Origin: an uncultured Flavipsychrobacter sp.
Lineage (GTDB): Bacteria; Bacteroidota; Bacteroidia; Chitinophagales; Chitinophagaceae
DNA: 64,000 bases
Direction: 5' to 3'
Assembly (NCBI GenBank): GCA_964481425.1
Contig: CAYZTM010000009.1
Location: 31,452 to 95,451, forward strand
Positions 38,522-48,360 of the stretch are shown piece after piece. Within the stretch, counting starts at the first letter, position 1. Each line of letters starts with the position of its first letter. The notes beneath the pieces are model-generated. The model ran no database searches and was not told where the DNA came from. It saw nothing but the letters and a program-made list of their open reading frames with translations. Position numbers and translations under genes: made by a program.

Positions 38522-39682
38522 ATGCCTTTTTATCATAGCCTTGGGACGATACCTGATAAACGCCATATAGTATTCCGCCAGCCCGGCGGCAAGCTGTACC
38601 AGGAAGAACTGGTAGGCACACAGGGCTTTGGGGGCTTATCATCGCTGGTATATCACCTGCACGCCCCTACGGCAGTGAAACAAAAAGGCAAGCCTTACTC
38701 AGTAGCCCCCAAAGTGGCCATGGACAACAGCCTGAATGCCATGAGCTTTATGGGTTTTGACATAAAGCCTGAGGACGACTATTTAAAAAGCCGCAAAACA
38801 CTCTTTGTGAATGCGGCTATGCAGGTGGGCCTAGCTGCGCCAACCAAGGGCAACGATTATTTCTTCAAGAATGCTGATGCCGATGAAATGATCTTCATAC
38901 ACAAAGGCAGTGGCACGCTGCATACCATGTTCGGTAAGCTACCCTTTAAATACGGAGACTATATTATCATCCCCCGCGGTACGGTATATAAGATACAATT
39001 CGACAATAGCGATAACCGGCTATTGTTCCTCGAATCGCACGACCCTATATTCACGCCGAGGAGATACCGGAACGATTTCGGGCAGCTACTGGAGCATTCG
39101 CCCTTTTGCGAAAGGGATATTAAAAGACCGGTAGAGCTGGAAACCCATGATGAGCAGGGTGAGTTTGATGTACTCATCAAAAAGAAGGGCCACATCTTCC
39201 CCTATACTTATTTATATCATCCCTTTGATGTGGCAGGCTGGGATGGTTATCATTATCCTTATACCTTTTCCATCTTCAACTTCGAACCGATAACGGGGCG
39301 TGTACATATGCCGCCCCCCATACATCAAACCTTCGAGACCCGGAATTTCGTAGTATGCTCTTTCGTGCCGCGGCTATACGATTACCACCCGCAGGCCATA
39401 CCTGCACCATATCACCACAGCAATATAGACTCTGACGAGATATTGTATTACGTGGACGGTGACTTCATGAGCCGTAACAACATACAGAAAGGACAACTGA
39501 CCTTGCACCCCGGCGGTATACCACATGGCCCGCACCCCGGAGCTATAGAGCGCAGCGTAGGCCAAAAAGAAACCAAAGAACTGGCGGTAATGATAGACCC
39601 CTTTGCCCCGATGATGATAACTGAAGAAGCACTAAAAATAGAAGTGCCGGACTATTATAAATCGTGGCTAGGAGGAGAATAG
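38522..39682 (+). CDS. hmgA: homogentisate 1,2-dioxygenase
   Basis: 386 aa. N-terminus MPFYHSLG.IP.KRH and the C-terminal cupin His/Glu region (HHSNIDSDEILYY.. LHPGGIPHGPHPG) match the short bacterial HmgA form. Confidence 0.85.
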   Translation: MPFYHSLGTIPDKRHIVFRQPGGKLYQEELVGTQGFGGLSSLVYHLHAPTAVKQKGKPYSVAPKVAMDNSLNAMSFMGFDIKPEDDYLKSRKTLFVNAAMQVGLAAPTKGNDYFFKNADADEMIFIHKGSGTLHTMFGKLPFKYGDYIIIPRGTVYKIQFDNSDNRLLFLESHDPIFTPRRYRNDFGQLLEHSPFCERDIKRPVELETHDEQGEFDVLIKKKGHIFPYTYLYHPFDVAGWDGYHYPYTFSIFNFEPITGRVHMPPPIHQTFETRNFVVCSFVPRLYDYHPQAIPAPYHHSNIDSDEILYYVDGDFMSRNNIQKGQLTLHPGGIPHGPHPGAIERSVGQKETKELAVMIDPFAPMMITEEALKIEVPDYYKSWLGGE

Positions 39683-39727
39683 GAGCTTGAAAGGATAGTA
39701 TCAATGTAAACACAAAACAATTTCAAT

Positions 39728-40885
39728 ATGGATACTGCAGATCTGAAAAAAGTTGAGAATTACAACTACGGTATCGAAAAGATATTCGATAAGGCGCAGG
39801 ACTTCCTGCCCATAAACGGCACCGACTATGTGGAGCTGTATGTAGGGAATGCCAAGCAGGCAGCCCATTATTATAAAACAGCATTCGGATTCCAGTCGCT
39901 GGCCTATGCAGGACTGGAAACGGGCGTGCGGGACCGGGCATCGTATGTATTACAGCAGGATAAGATCAGGCTGGTGCTTACTACCCCCTTTGACCCGGAT
40001 AGTGATATATCGGACCACATCAGGCAGCACGGCGATGGTGTGAAGGTAATAGCCCTGTGGGTGGACGATGCACGCAAAGCCTTTGAAGAAACCGTAAGTC
40101 GTGGTGCAGAGGTATATTTTGAGCCACAGGTGGAAGCGGATGAATATGGAGAAGTGGTGCGCGCCGGCATACACACCTATGGTGAAACGGTACACATCTT
40201 CGTGGAACGTAAAAACTATAAGGGTATATTCCTGCCGGGTTATGAGAAATGGGAATCGGAGTATAACCCGGGCTCAACCAGCCTTAAATACATAGACCAT
40301 ATGGTAGGCAATGTGGAACTGGGCACGATGAATATATGGTCGGACTTCTACGCTAATGTAATGGGCTTCGCCAACCTGATCACCTTTGACGATAAGGATA
40401 TATCGACCCAGTATACCGCACTGATGAGCAAGGTAATGACCAATGGCAACGGGCGCATCAAATTCCCCATTAACGAGCCCGCACAAGGACTGAAGAAATC
40501 GCAGGTGGAGGAATACCTGGATTTCTACAAAGGACCGGGCTGCCAGCACATAGCCGTAGCCACCGACGATATTGTATTTACCATCAGCGAAATGCGCAAA
40601 CGTGGCGTAGAGTTCCTGCATGTGCCGGGTACATATTACGATACCGTGAGCGCACGCGTGGGCGATATAGCCGAAGACCTTGCCATATTGAAGAGCCTTG
40701 GCATCATGGTGGACCGGGACGAAGAAGGCTACCTGTTACAGATATTCACCAAGCCTGTAGAGGACCGCCCTACCCTGTTCTTCGAGATCATACAACGTAA
40801 AGGAGCAAGGTCCTTTGGCAAGGGTAATTTCCAGGCCTTGTTCGAATCGATAGAAGCAGAGCAGGAACGGAGGGGAACGCTCTAA
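39728..40885 (+). CDS. hppD: 4-hydroxyphenylpyruvate dioxygenase
   Basis: 385 aa. It has two VOC modules, with IDHMVGNV.., QHIAVATDDI and the C-terminal FFEIIQRKGARSFGKGNFQALFESIE, which is diagnostic of HPPD. Confidence 0.9.
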   Translation: MDTADLKKVENYNYGIEKIFDKAQDFLPINGTDYVELYVGNAKQAAHYYKTAFGFQSLAYAGLETGVRDRASYVLQQDKIRLVLTTPFDPDSDISDHIRQHGDGVKVIALWVDDARKAFEETVSRGAEVYFEPQVEADEYGEVVRAGIHTYGETVHIFVERKNYKGIFLPGYEKWESEYNPGSTSLKYIDHMVGNVELGTMNIWSDFYANVMGFANLITFDDKDISTQYTALMSKVMTNGNGRIKFPINEPAQGLKKSQVEEYLDFYKGPGCQHIAVATDDIVFTISEMRKRGVEFLHVPGTYYDTVSARVGDIAEDLAILKSLGIMVDRDEEGYLLQIFTKPVEDRPTLFFEIIQRKGARSFGKGNFQALFESIEAEQERRGTL

Positions 40886-40903
40886 ACCAAAAAAGATATT
40901 TAT

Positions 40904-41863
40904 ATGGACGCGATACAGGAAGTAGAAAATCAACTGAACGAGCTGCTCTTACAAAAATTTGAAGAGCGCGTTCAATCCGGTGATGCGGTAGAACCGAAGG
41001 ACTGGATGCCGGAAGGTTACCGGAAGCACCTTGTACGGCAGATATCGCAGCATGCCCACTCTGAAGTGATCGGTATGCAGCCGGAGGGCAACTGGATAAC
41101 GCGTGCTCCCAGCCTGAGGGCAAAGCAAATACTGCTGGCTAAGATACAGGATGAGGGAGGGCATGGCCTGTACCTATACAGCGCTGCCGAAACGCTGGGC
41201 ATCAGCCGGGATGAGATGATAGCGCAACTGCATAGTGGCAAAGCGAAATACTCCAACATATTCAACTACCCAGCGCTTACCTGGGCAGATATAGGCGCGA
41301 TAGGCTGGCTGGTGGACGGCGCCGCCATAGTGAACCAGGTGTCGCTGCAACGCACCTCCTACGGCCCATACAGCCGCGCGATGGTACGAATATGCAAAGA
41401 AGAGAGCTTTCACCAAAGGCAGGGCTACGAGATAATGGCACACATGATGCGCGGTACGGCGGAGCAGCGCGAGATGGCACAGGATGCGATGAACCGCTGG
41501 TGGTGGCCCTCACTGATGATGTTTGGCCCACACGACAGCGAATCACCACATGCAGGTGATGCCTTCCGCTGGAAGATAAAACGACATAGCAATGATGAGT
41601 TACGGCAGAAGTTCATTGACAAAACGGTGCAGCAGGCCGAGGTGATCGGGCTTACAATACCCGACCCTAACCTGAAATGGAATGAGGACAGCGGCCATTA
41701 TGATCATGGTGAGATCAACTGGGCGGAATTCCGTAGTGTAATAAATGGCAACGGCCCCTGCAACAAACAGCGTATGGACCACCACAAACAGGTGCATGAA
41801 GATGGGGCCTGGGTGCGCCGTGCAGCACAGGCCTACTATGATAAAAGAGCGAACAAAAATTAA
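40904..41863 (+). CDS. paaA: 1,2-phenylacetyl-CoA epoxidase subunit A
   Basis: 319 aa. It has ferritin-like di-iron motifs (QHAHSE, DEGGHG, EESFHQ) and typical PaaA length. Confidence 0.85.
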   Translation: MDAIQEVENQLNELLLQKFEERVQSGDAVEPKDWMPEGYRKHLVRQISQHAHSEVIGMQPEGNWITRAPSLRAKQILLAKIQDEGGHGLYLYSAAETLGISRDEMIAQLHSGKAKYSNIFNYPALTWADIGAIGWLVDGAAIVNQVSLQRTSYGPYSRAMVRICKEESFHQRQGYEIMAHMMRGTAEQREMAQDAMNRWWWPSLMMFGPHDSESPHAGDAFRWKIKRHSNDELRQKFIDKTVQQAEVIGLTIPDPNLKWNEDSGHYDHGEINWAEFRSVINGNGPCNKQRMDHHKQVHEDGAWVRRAAQAYYDKRANKN

Positions 41864-41882
41864 TTCATTCAAAACATTGGTT

Positions 41883-42173
41883 ATGACGCCAGATACACAG
41901 TTAGGCACATGGGAAGTGTTCATGCAAAGCAAGCCCGGAGCCAATTATATACACCAGGGCAGCATACATGCCGCCGACAAAGAAATGGCGCTGCAAAATG
42001 CCCGGGATACCTATTCGCGCCGTAGTGAGGGCACCAGTATATGGGTAGTGCCGACGGAGGCCATAACCGCATCGAGGCCGGACGATAAAGAAATGCTCTT
42101 TGACCCGGCCAATGATAAGATATACCGGCTGGCCACATTCTATACCATCCCGGAAGGGGCTAAAAATATCTAA
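41883..42173 (+). CDS. paaB: 1,2-phenylacetyl-CoA epoxidase subunit B
   Basis: 96 aa from the ATG at 41883 (MTPDTQLGTWEVFMQSK...HAADKEMALQNARDTYSRR). The pattern and size match PaaB. Confidence 0.85.
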   Translation: MTPDTQLGTWEVFMQSKPGANYIHQGSIHAADKEMALQNARDTYSRRSEGTSIWVVPTEAITASRPDDKEMLFDPANDKIYRLATFYTIPEGAKNI

Positions 42174-42174
42174 G

Positions 42175-42933
42175 ATGAACAGGGAAACCGCTTTATATAA
42201 TTATGCCCTGCGCCTTGGCGATAATGCGCTGGTGCTATCATACCGCCTGTCGGAATGGTGCAGCAGGGCGCCTATGATAGAAGAAGACCTGGCGCTAACC
42301 AATTTTGCACTGGACATGATAGGCCGCGCGCAGGCCTTGCTGAAATATGCAGGCGAAGTAGAAGGCAAGGGGAGAACGGATGACGACCTGGCCTACCGTA
42401 GGCCGGAAAGACAATTCTACAATAACCTGATAACCGAGCTGCCCAATGGCGACTTTGCCCATACTATGGCGCGGCAGCTATTCATCTCGGTGTTCGAGAG
42501 CTACCTGTTCGAAGACCTGCAGCAAAGTAAAGATGAGACCATAGCTGCCATAGCCGCCAAAACGCTGAAGGAGGTGAAATATCACCGCAGGCACGCAGAA
42601 GACTGGGTGAAACGACTGGGCGACGGCACAGAAGAAAGCTACCAGCGGATGCAAAATGCAGTGAACGCACTATGGATGTACACGGGAGAACTGTTCGAGA
42701 CAGATGAGGTGGAAGAGGAACTAATAACAGCTGGTATCGCTGCTGACCCTAAGGCAATAAGATCACGATGGTACGGCCATATAGAAAATGTACTGAAAGA
42801 AGCTACCCTGCTCATGCCCGGTGACGGCTATATGCAAAGCGGGAGCAAAAGAGGTGTGCATACCGAATACCTGGGACATATACTATCTGAAATGCAATAC
42901 CTGCAACGCGCTTACCCGGACGCCACATGGTAG
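42175..42933 (+). CDS. paaC: 1,2-phenylacetyl-CoA epoxidase subunit C
   Basis: 252 aa from the ATG at 42175 (MNRETALYNYALRLGDNALVLSYRLSEW..). It follows the paaB stop directly. Confidence 0.8.
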   Translation: MNRETALYNYALRLGDNALVLSYRLSEWCSRAPMIEEDLALTNFALDMIGRAQALLKYAGEVEGKGRTDDDLAYRRPERQFYNNLITELPNGDFAHTMARQLFISVFESYLFEDLQQSKDETIAAIAAKTLKEVKYHRRHAEDWVKRLGDGTEESYQRMQNAVNALWMYTGELFETDEVEEELITAGIAADPKAIRSRWYGHIENVLKEATLLMPGDGYMQSGSKRGVHTEYLGHILSEMQYLQRAYPDATW

Positions 42934-43421
42934 GACAAGAGCAACATACGAAAGAAGAGATACTGGGATACCTGGAGGGTATAGCGGATCCGGAGATACC
43001 TGTCCTCACCATACAGGAGATAGGTATGCTACGCGATGTGCTTATCACTGAAAAAGGCTACGAGATCATACTGACACCAACCTATACCGGATGCCCGGCA
43101 ATGGGCATCATAGAAGAAGATATAGAACGATTGCTGGCTGAAAAAGGAGTAAGCCCCGTGTCCGTAAAACTTGTTTATGCCCCGGCATGGACGACAGACT
43201 GGATGAGTGATACAGCCAAAGAAAAAATGCGTCAATACGGTATAGCTCCGCCGGAACACTCATCCTGCAACCAGATATTCTCTTTAAGCAGCTCTGTTAA
43301 GTGCCCTAAATGCGGGTCGGACAATACAGACCTGATCAGCCGCTTCGGGGCAACAGCCTGCAAAGCATTATACAAATGCAATAACTGCAAAGAGCCTTTC
43401 GAATATTTTAAATGCCACTGA
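42927..43421 (+). CDS. paaD: phenylacetate-CoA oxygenase subunit PaaD (PaaJ)
   Basis: 164 aa. A MIP18-like domain (DPEIPVLTIQEIGMLRDV) is followed by a C-terminal Cys4 ribbon (CPKCGS...CNNCKEPF). Confidence 0.8.
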   Translation: MVGQEQHTKEEILGYLEGIADPEIPVLTIQEIGMLRDVLITEKGYEIILTPTYTGCPAMGIIEEDIERLLAEKGVSPVSVKLVYAPAWTTDWMSDTAKEKMRQYGIAPPEHSSCNQIFSLSSSVKCPKCGSDNTDLISRFGATACKALYKCNNCKEPFEYFKCH

Positions 43422-43422
43422 A

Positions 43423-44595
43423 CTATGCAGCAGCAGTCGTTTTCAAAGTAAGCAGGTATAGTGCGGCTATCACTGTTGCCGCAGCTATGATCATAAATGT
43501 ATAGCCCGCCCCCAGTTGCATCCAGAGCAGGCCGGTAAGGCTACTGGCCAGGAGGGTACAGATGCTTTGGAATGCGGTATATGTGCCAATGGCGGTAGCT
43601 GTATCTTGCCTATCGGATATATTTGATATCCATGCCTTGGCAATGCCCTCTGTAGCTGCCGCGTAAATACCATACAACAAGAAGAGTGCGAAAAAACCAT
43701 AAAGGGAATGACTAAAGCCCATACCCGCATATACTATCGCAAATACCAGCAAGCCGGAAATAAAAATACTCTTGAGCCCTATGCGGTCGGCCAAAAGGCC
43801 CAATGGGAATGCAGCCGCGGCATAGATAATATTGTAAAAGATGTAGGCCCCAATAGTACCTGTATCGCTAATACCTGTGTCCTTAATTTTCAACAGCAGG
43901 AATACATCTGAGCTATTGAACAGGGCAAAAAACAGCAGGCCTACCAGCAGACTGCGGTATTGCTGAGGAGCTGCTTTCCAATAATGGATAAAATCGAGGA
44001 AACGGGTCTTGCTTATATTTTGTTTCGGCTTAACATTTTTGTCCTTCACCAGGAAAGTGAAGGCTATAGCGACGACACCGGGAATAAAGGCCAGCAAGAA
44101 CAGGCTTTTGTAATGACCGGGCCTGTAATACAGGAATACCAATGCCGCGAGGGGCCCCAGTACCGCACCAAGAGTATCCATGGCCCTATGAAAACCGAAC
44201 ACGGCACCTTTGGTTTGCGGTGTAGCCTCGTCAGACAACATTGCATCGCGAGCACCTGTCCTTATACCCTTACCAATGCGGTCCATGCTACGGGCCGAGA
44301 ATATCCACAGGGGAAAGGTGAGCACAGCCATCATGGGTTTTGATATAGCGCTAAGCGCATAACCCAATCGTACATAAGGCACACGACGGCCCCTGTTATC
44401 GGATAATTTACCGAAGTAGCCCTTGCTTAAACCGGCTATGGCCTCTGCCATCCCTTCGAGCAGGCCGATCAATACCACTGAGAAATGGATACTTTCCAGG
44501 TAAACCGGCATGATGGGATATAACATTTCGCTGGCCACATCTGTGAACAGGCTCACCAGCGAGAGTACCAATATGGTACGGGTAATGGCTTTCAT
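43423..44595 (-). CDS. MFS transporter
   Basis: It has about 12 TM segments and an MFS loop motif G.LSD..GRR (GKLSDNRGRRV). I prefer the start at MKAITRT (44595). Confidence 0.8.
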   Translation of the reverse strand: MKAITRTILVLSLVSLFTDVASEMLYPIMPVYLESIHFSVVLIGLLEGMAEAIAGLSKGYFGKLSDNRGRRVPYVRLGYALSAISKPMMAVLTFPLWIFSARSMDRIGKGIRTGARDAMLSDEATPQTKGAVFGFHRAMDTLGAVLGPLAALVFLYYRPGHYKSLFLLAFIPGVVAIAFTFLVKDKNVKPKQNISKTRFLDFIHYWKAAPQQYRSLLVGLLFFALFNSSDVFLLLKIKDTGISDTGTIGAYIFYNIIYAAAAFPLGLLADRIGLKSIFISGLLVFAIVYAGMGFSHSLYGFFALFLLYGIYAAATEGIAKAWISNISDRQDTATAIGTYTAFQSICTLLASSLTGLLWMQLGAGYTFMIIAAATVIAALYLLTLKTTAAA

Positions 44596-44666
44596 GTTAA
44601 GCCAAAAATAACACAATATGAGGGTGAATCACATTATCTTGCAGTGCATAAAAATCATTCTAAGAA

Positions 44667-45878
44667 ATGACTGCAAGGCCTCTGCTTACTATCCTGCTCA
44701 CACTGCTGCTACCCACTCTTGCGAATGCACAAGGCGGGTGTACAGACCCCTATGCCAGTAACTATGATCCTAATGCTACGTTCAATGACGGCTCGTGCGT
44801 GTACCCGGTGACCCATGACACCATGCAACTGCGCGCACAGCTACCGGTAGCCATTACTGAAAGTTCAGGACTTGCCTGGGACAACGGCAAACTGTGGACG
44901 CATAATGATAGCGGCAACCCCTCCACTTTCTTCAGCATTGATACCAGCGACGGGCATATATTGCAAACCGTGTATGTAGACAACCACAGCAACGTGGACT
45001 GGGAAGACATCACCACAGACAATGATTATATCTACATAGGCGACTTTGGCAATAATAATGGCAACCGGACCAACCTGAAGGTACTACGCATCAGCAAAGC
45101 AGACATCGGCAATGATACTGCGGTGCATGTGAATGCGGATGTGATCGCATTCTCCTACAACGACCAAACCAACTTTACCGCCAACCAATTGAACAATTAC
45201 GATTGTGAGTCTATCATCTCCATTGGCGACTCGCTTTATATATTTACCAAAGACCGCCTGGACCAACAAACAAGGGTTTACAAAATGCCTAAGGTACCGG
45301 GCACTTACAGCCTCAGCCCATATACCAGCTATAATGTTGGTGGCCTGCTTACTGCAGCCAGCTATAATGCCGCCACGCACGAGATCGTACTGCTGGGTTA
45401 TACCCTGCTCAAGACCAACTCGTTCCTTTGGTTCCTCAATGACTACAACGGGGATATGTTCTTTTCCGGCAATAAACGCCGTATAGAAATAGGCGATAAC
45501 AGCGAATGGCAAACCGAGGGTATAGAGTTCATGGGGCCCAACCGTTTCTTTATCTCAAATGAAACTGCTACGGTAAATGCATCACTTTTCATCGGGGAGA
45601 AAAACTGGTTGTCAAGCCTGTCTGTAAAAAATAAAACCCTTGGAAAAGATAATATAAAAGTATTCCCAAACCCCTCAGACGACACTTTTACCATTACCGG
45701 GATCGAAGGCAAAACTGCTTACCGTCTTAGCACAGCAAATGGCAGAATAATAAAAACAGGTATCATAGATAAAGCCAACAATTCTATATCCCTGGACAAA
45801 GTTCCCACGGGTGTATACCTGCTGGAACTGAATAATGGCAGTGGCGGAAAAACTACGATCAATATCAGTAAAAAATAG
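44667..45878 (+). CDS. secreted hypothetical protein with T9SS C-terminal sorting domain
   Basis: 403 aa with a signal peptide. An N-terminal GCTDPYASNYDPNATFNDGSC module is present, and the C-terminus VFPNPSDDTFTI...GVYLLELNN is a sorting domain. Confidence 0.65.
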   Translation: MTARPLLTILLTLLLPTLANAQGGCTDPYASNYDPNATFNDGSCVYPVTHDTMQLRAQLPVAITESSGLAWDNGKLWTHNDSGNPSTFFSIDTSDGHILQTVYVDNHSNVDWEDITTDNDYIYIGDFGNNNGNRTNLKVLRISKADIGNDTAVHVNADVIAFSYNDQTNFTANQLNNYDCESIISIGDSLYIFTKDRLDQQTRVYKMPKVPGTYSLSPYTSYNVGGLLTAASYNAATHEIVLLGYTLLKTNSFLWFLNDYNGDMFFSGNKRRIEIGDNSEWQTEGIEFMGPNRFFISNETATVNASLFIGEKNWLSSLSVKNKTLGKDNIKVFPNPSDDTFTITGIEGKTAYRLSTANGRIIKTGIIDKANNSISLDKVPTGVYLLELNNGSGGKTTINISKK

Positions 45879-45917
45879 TACGACAGCTACCCTATTGGGA
45901 TTTCCCTTCCATATTCC

Positions 45918-46346
45918 TTAATCTTTAGGCTCCCATAGTTCTATCTTGTTGCCATCGGCATCCATGATATGGATAAATTTTCCGAAATCGTAAGTAACTA
46001 TATCGTCCAATATGGTTACGCCATTCTCTTTGAGCCTGCTTATCAGCCCTTCAAGGTCCTGAACGCGGTAGTTGATCATAAACTCCTTTTTAGACGGCGC
46101 GAAGTAATCACTTCCTTTCTTAAAGGGGTTCCACTGGAGTGAGCCTACCTGTTCGGGATTATTGACATCCCTGAATTCAAAGCTGGCGGAGCCCCAGTCA
46201 TTGATCCGGAACCCAAGATTTTTAGCATACCAGTCTCTTGTTGCCTGGGGATCGTCTGAAAAAAAGAATATCCCCCCTATCCCGGTCACTTTGGGTGTGT
46301 TATCGCCAGAAGTTGTGTTGCCTGTTGGGTCTTTTTGTTCTTCCAT
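45918..46346 (-). CDS. VOC (glyoxalase/bleomycin-resistance) family protein
   Basis: 142 aa. The call rests on the pattern GIGGIFFFSDDPQATRDWYAKNLGF...FIHIMDADGNKIELWEP. Confidence 0.75.
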   Translation of the reverse strand: MEEQKDPTGNTTSGDNTPKVTGIGGIFFFSDDPQATRDWYAKNLGFRINDWGSASFEFRDVNNPEQVGSLQWNPFKKGSDYFAPSKKEFMINYRVQDLEGLISRLKENGVTILDDIVTYDFGKFIHIMDADGNKIELWEPKD

Positions 46347-46348
46347 AT

Positions 46349-46882
46349 TTAGTTTTTTGCTGTTTTTCTTTTTAAAATTAAGGAACTGATGACTGCTACG
46401 ATGAGGCCAACGGGCAAAATTTCCATATAGGTCATCATTGCATTGAAGAAAGGGTTCTTATACATCTTCGAAAAATTGGCCATTTTTTCCGTTTCCTTAG
46501 CTATTTCCGCAGGACTTGCTCCGCTTGCTTTCAGTTCGTCGAGCATATGTGCGGAATATTTTTCCATGAAGTCGGGCATAAAAAAGGTATAAGTGATCAG
46601 CCAGGAGATGACATACATGGTAGATGCTATCAGAACGATCATAAGACCTATCCGAAACGCTTTACCAAAACTGATAATACCATCATTGTATTTATTGCGG
46701 TAATTGCGAATACCTACAAACACAAGCGAAAAAGCTATGAGCATAGAAGCATAACCAATGAGCATGCTCGTGTTATACTCCACGTTGCCTTCGCAATGGC
46801 TCAGGTAATTGATGCTAAAAAGCATTAATGCGGAAACGATAATACCGGATATTAGTCCGTGGATAAGAATATTTTTTGTCAT
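46349..46882 (-). CDS. DUF4199 family membrane protein
   Basis: I prefer the start at MTKNILIHGLISG. It has four TM segments and family-typical size and layout. Confidence 0.55.
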   Translation of the reverse strand: MTKNILIHGLISGIIVSALMLFSINYLSHCEGNVEYNTSMLIGYASMLIAFSLVFVGIRNYRNKYNDGIISFGKAFRIGLMIVLIASTMYVISWLITYTFFMPDFMEKYSAHMLDELKASGASPAEIAKETEKMANFSKMYKNPFFNAMMTYMEILPVGLIVAVISSLILKRKTAKN

Positions 46883-46989
46883 AGTATTATTTTTTGTTGG
46901 CGCAAATGTGGCTATAAGGCACAAATTTCCGGTCATACTTTCGGCCATTTTTCTGCCATTCCAGTAATTTTCGTACTAAAGTATAGGTT

Positions 46990-47496
46990 TTAAGGGATGA
47001 TATTCAAGCTTTTAGCTTTTTCAACGGCCTGCATTCGTCTTTTCACATCCAACTTTTCAAAAATGTTTTGATTATGTGTTTTGACGGTACTTAAAGAAAC
47101 AAAAAGTTTCGCAGCGATCTCCTGGTTGCTGTGTCCCTTTGCCAACAGGGCCAATATTTCCATTTCCCGCTTGCTGAGCTCTAACCGGGCCACGAGGGAT
47201 GTGTCCGGTATAAAATTTTCGTTCCTGTGTATATACACCTCTTTTTCCACCACCACGGTTTGGATCCTGGGTTTTGAGAGTTTCAAGGCAAGCCATATAC
47301 CTAAAACCGTAAATATGATGGCAATGAAGCCTATGTATATTTCAAAAGAATGGTCAAATATTATGAAACGCAGTTCCAACCATCTGAGTAAGAACAGTAG
47401 AAAAGCCAAGCTGGCACTATAGATCATAGTCGCTTTGTGCCTTAACCATAGTTTTTTTATATCTATCAAGGTGTGCATGCTCCTATTTTGCATCAA
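46990..47496 (-). CDS. membrane-anchored LuxR-family HTH regulator
   Basis: 168 aa. Two N-terminal TM segments precede the C-terminal LuxR/GerE HTH: LSKREMEILALLAKGHSNQEIAAKLFVSLSTVKTHNQNIFEKL. Confidence 0.8.
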   Translation of the reverse strand: MMQNRSMHTLIDIKKLWLRHKATMIYSASLAFLLFLLRWLELRFIIFDHSFEIYIGFIAIIFTVLGIWLALKLSKPRIQTVVVEKEVYIHRNENFIPDTSLVARLELSKREMEILALLAKGHSNQEIAAKLFVSLSTVKTHNQNIFEKLDVKRRMQAVEKAKSLNIIP

Positions 47497-47560
47497 GCTG
47501 GTTCAAGGACAAATGTAATAAATTGGAAGGCATGAAGAAATGCCACATGTGTAGGGGCAT

Positions 47561-47583
47561 AAAAAAAGCTCCCGTTAGGGAGC
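47561..47583 (-). terminator. original terminator of the tRNA-Ser gene, now stranded next to the truncated copy
   Basis: The gctccc-gtta-gggagc hairpin has an A7 run on the plus strand, which is a T-run after the hairpin on the minus strand. It lies immediately 3' of the partial tRNA. Confidence 0.65.
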
Positions 47584-47584
47584 C

Positions 47585-47665
<81 letters not shown>

Positions 47666-47757
47666 AACCCTCTTGTTGTCCACTTGGAATTATTGTTGTT
47701 GTCCTAATGTTGGCCGCCTAAGTGCGGGTTAAAAATCATTTACTTCATTTACTGTTG

Positions 47758-48207
47758 TCATTCCAGCCTGCTAAACAATGAAACGACGGCTGTATTCATG
47801 GTCAACGATTGCCCAATAACACACCTGCCCCACCAGTAACAATCCTGCCATGACAAAACTACCTCATTGGTATCTATCATGTATCTTGCTATCCAATAGG
47901 GCACGGCATACCATTCATAAACAGTACGCTCCTTGCCAACATCACACTCCAAGCGTTCAACATCCTTTTGGATAGCTGTATTTCGCCTGTGGTGTAGTTG
48001 GTCAAGTATAGCAGCCTTCCTATCCATAAGCTGGCTGTGTGTACCTATGAATGTGCCTGTTGATAGCTTGACAGTGTGTAGATGTAGATTGTATAAACTA
48101 TTAACCATCTCCATGTGCTTATCTGCATACAGCAGACCATCTACAAGTGCTGTCTGTGGCAGGTTGAAATACCTGCATACAAATTCTTCTATGCTGGCAT
48201 GTGCCAT
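47758..48207 (-). CDS. hypothetical protein (island)
   Basis: The track ORF runs to 48369 (203 aa), but residues 4-21 are encoded by the 53-bp palindromic element at 48308-48360. I therefore prefer the start at MAHASIEEF (48207). No motif was recognised. Confidence 0.45.
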   Translation of the reverse strand: MAHASIEEFVCRYFNLPQTALVDGLLYADKHMEMVNSLYNLHLHTVKLSTGTFIGTHSQLMDRKAAILDQLHHRRNTAIQKDVERLECDVGKERTVYEWYAVPYWIARYMIDTNEVVLSWQDCYWWGRCVIGQSLTMNTAVVSLFSRLE

Positions 48208-48307
48208 TTGCTGTTTGTTTAAGGTGAACAATGTTACCTTAACCTGGGGCACCCAAGTATGGGCTGCGCCTATCAGGTGGTTTATTCTTACGTGAGGTTC
48301 GCTGTCA

Positions 48308-48360
48308 TTCGAAAGTTTTATCAGTACACCTTTACAGGTAGTCCCGACTTTTCTGTCGAA
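48308..48360 (+). repeat. 53-bp imperfect-palindrome element, copy 5 (direct orientation, left arm diverged)
   Basis: The sequence is ttcgaaagttttatc-agtacacctttacaggtagtcc-cgacttttctgtcgaa. The spacer core ACCTTTACAG resembles copy 4 (ACCTATACAG). Confidence 0.75.
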
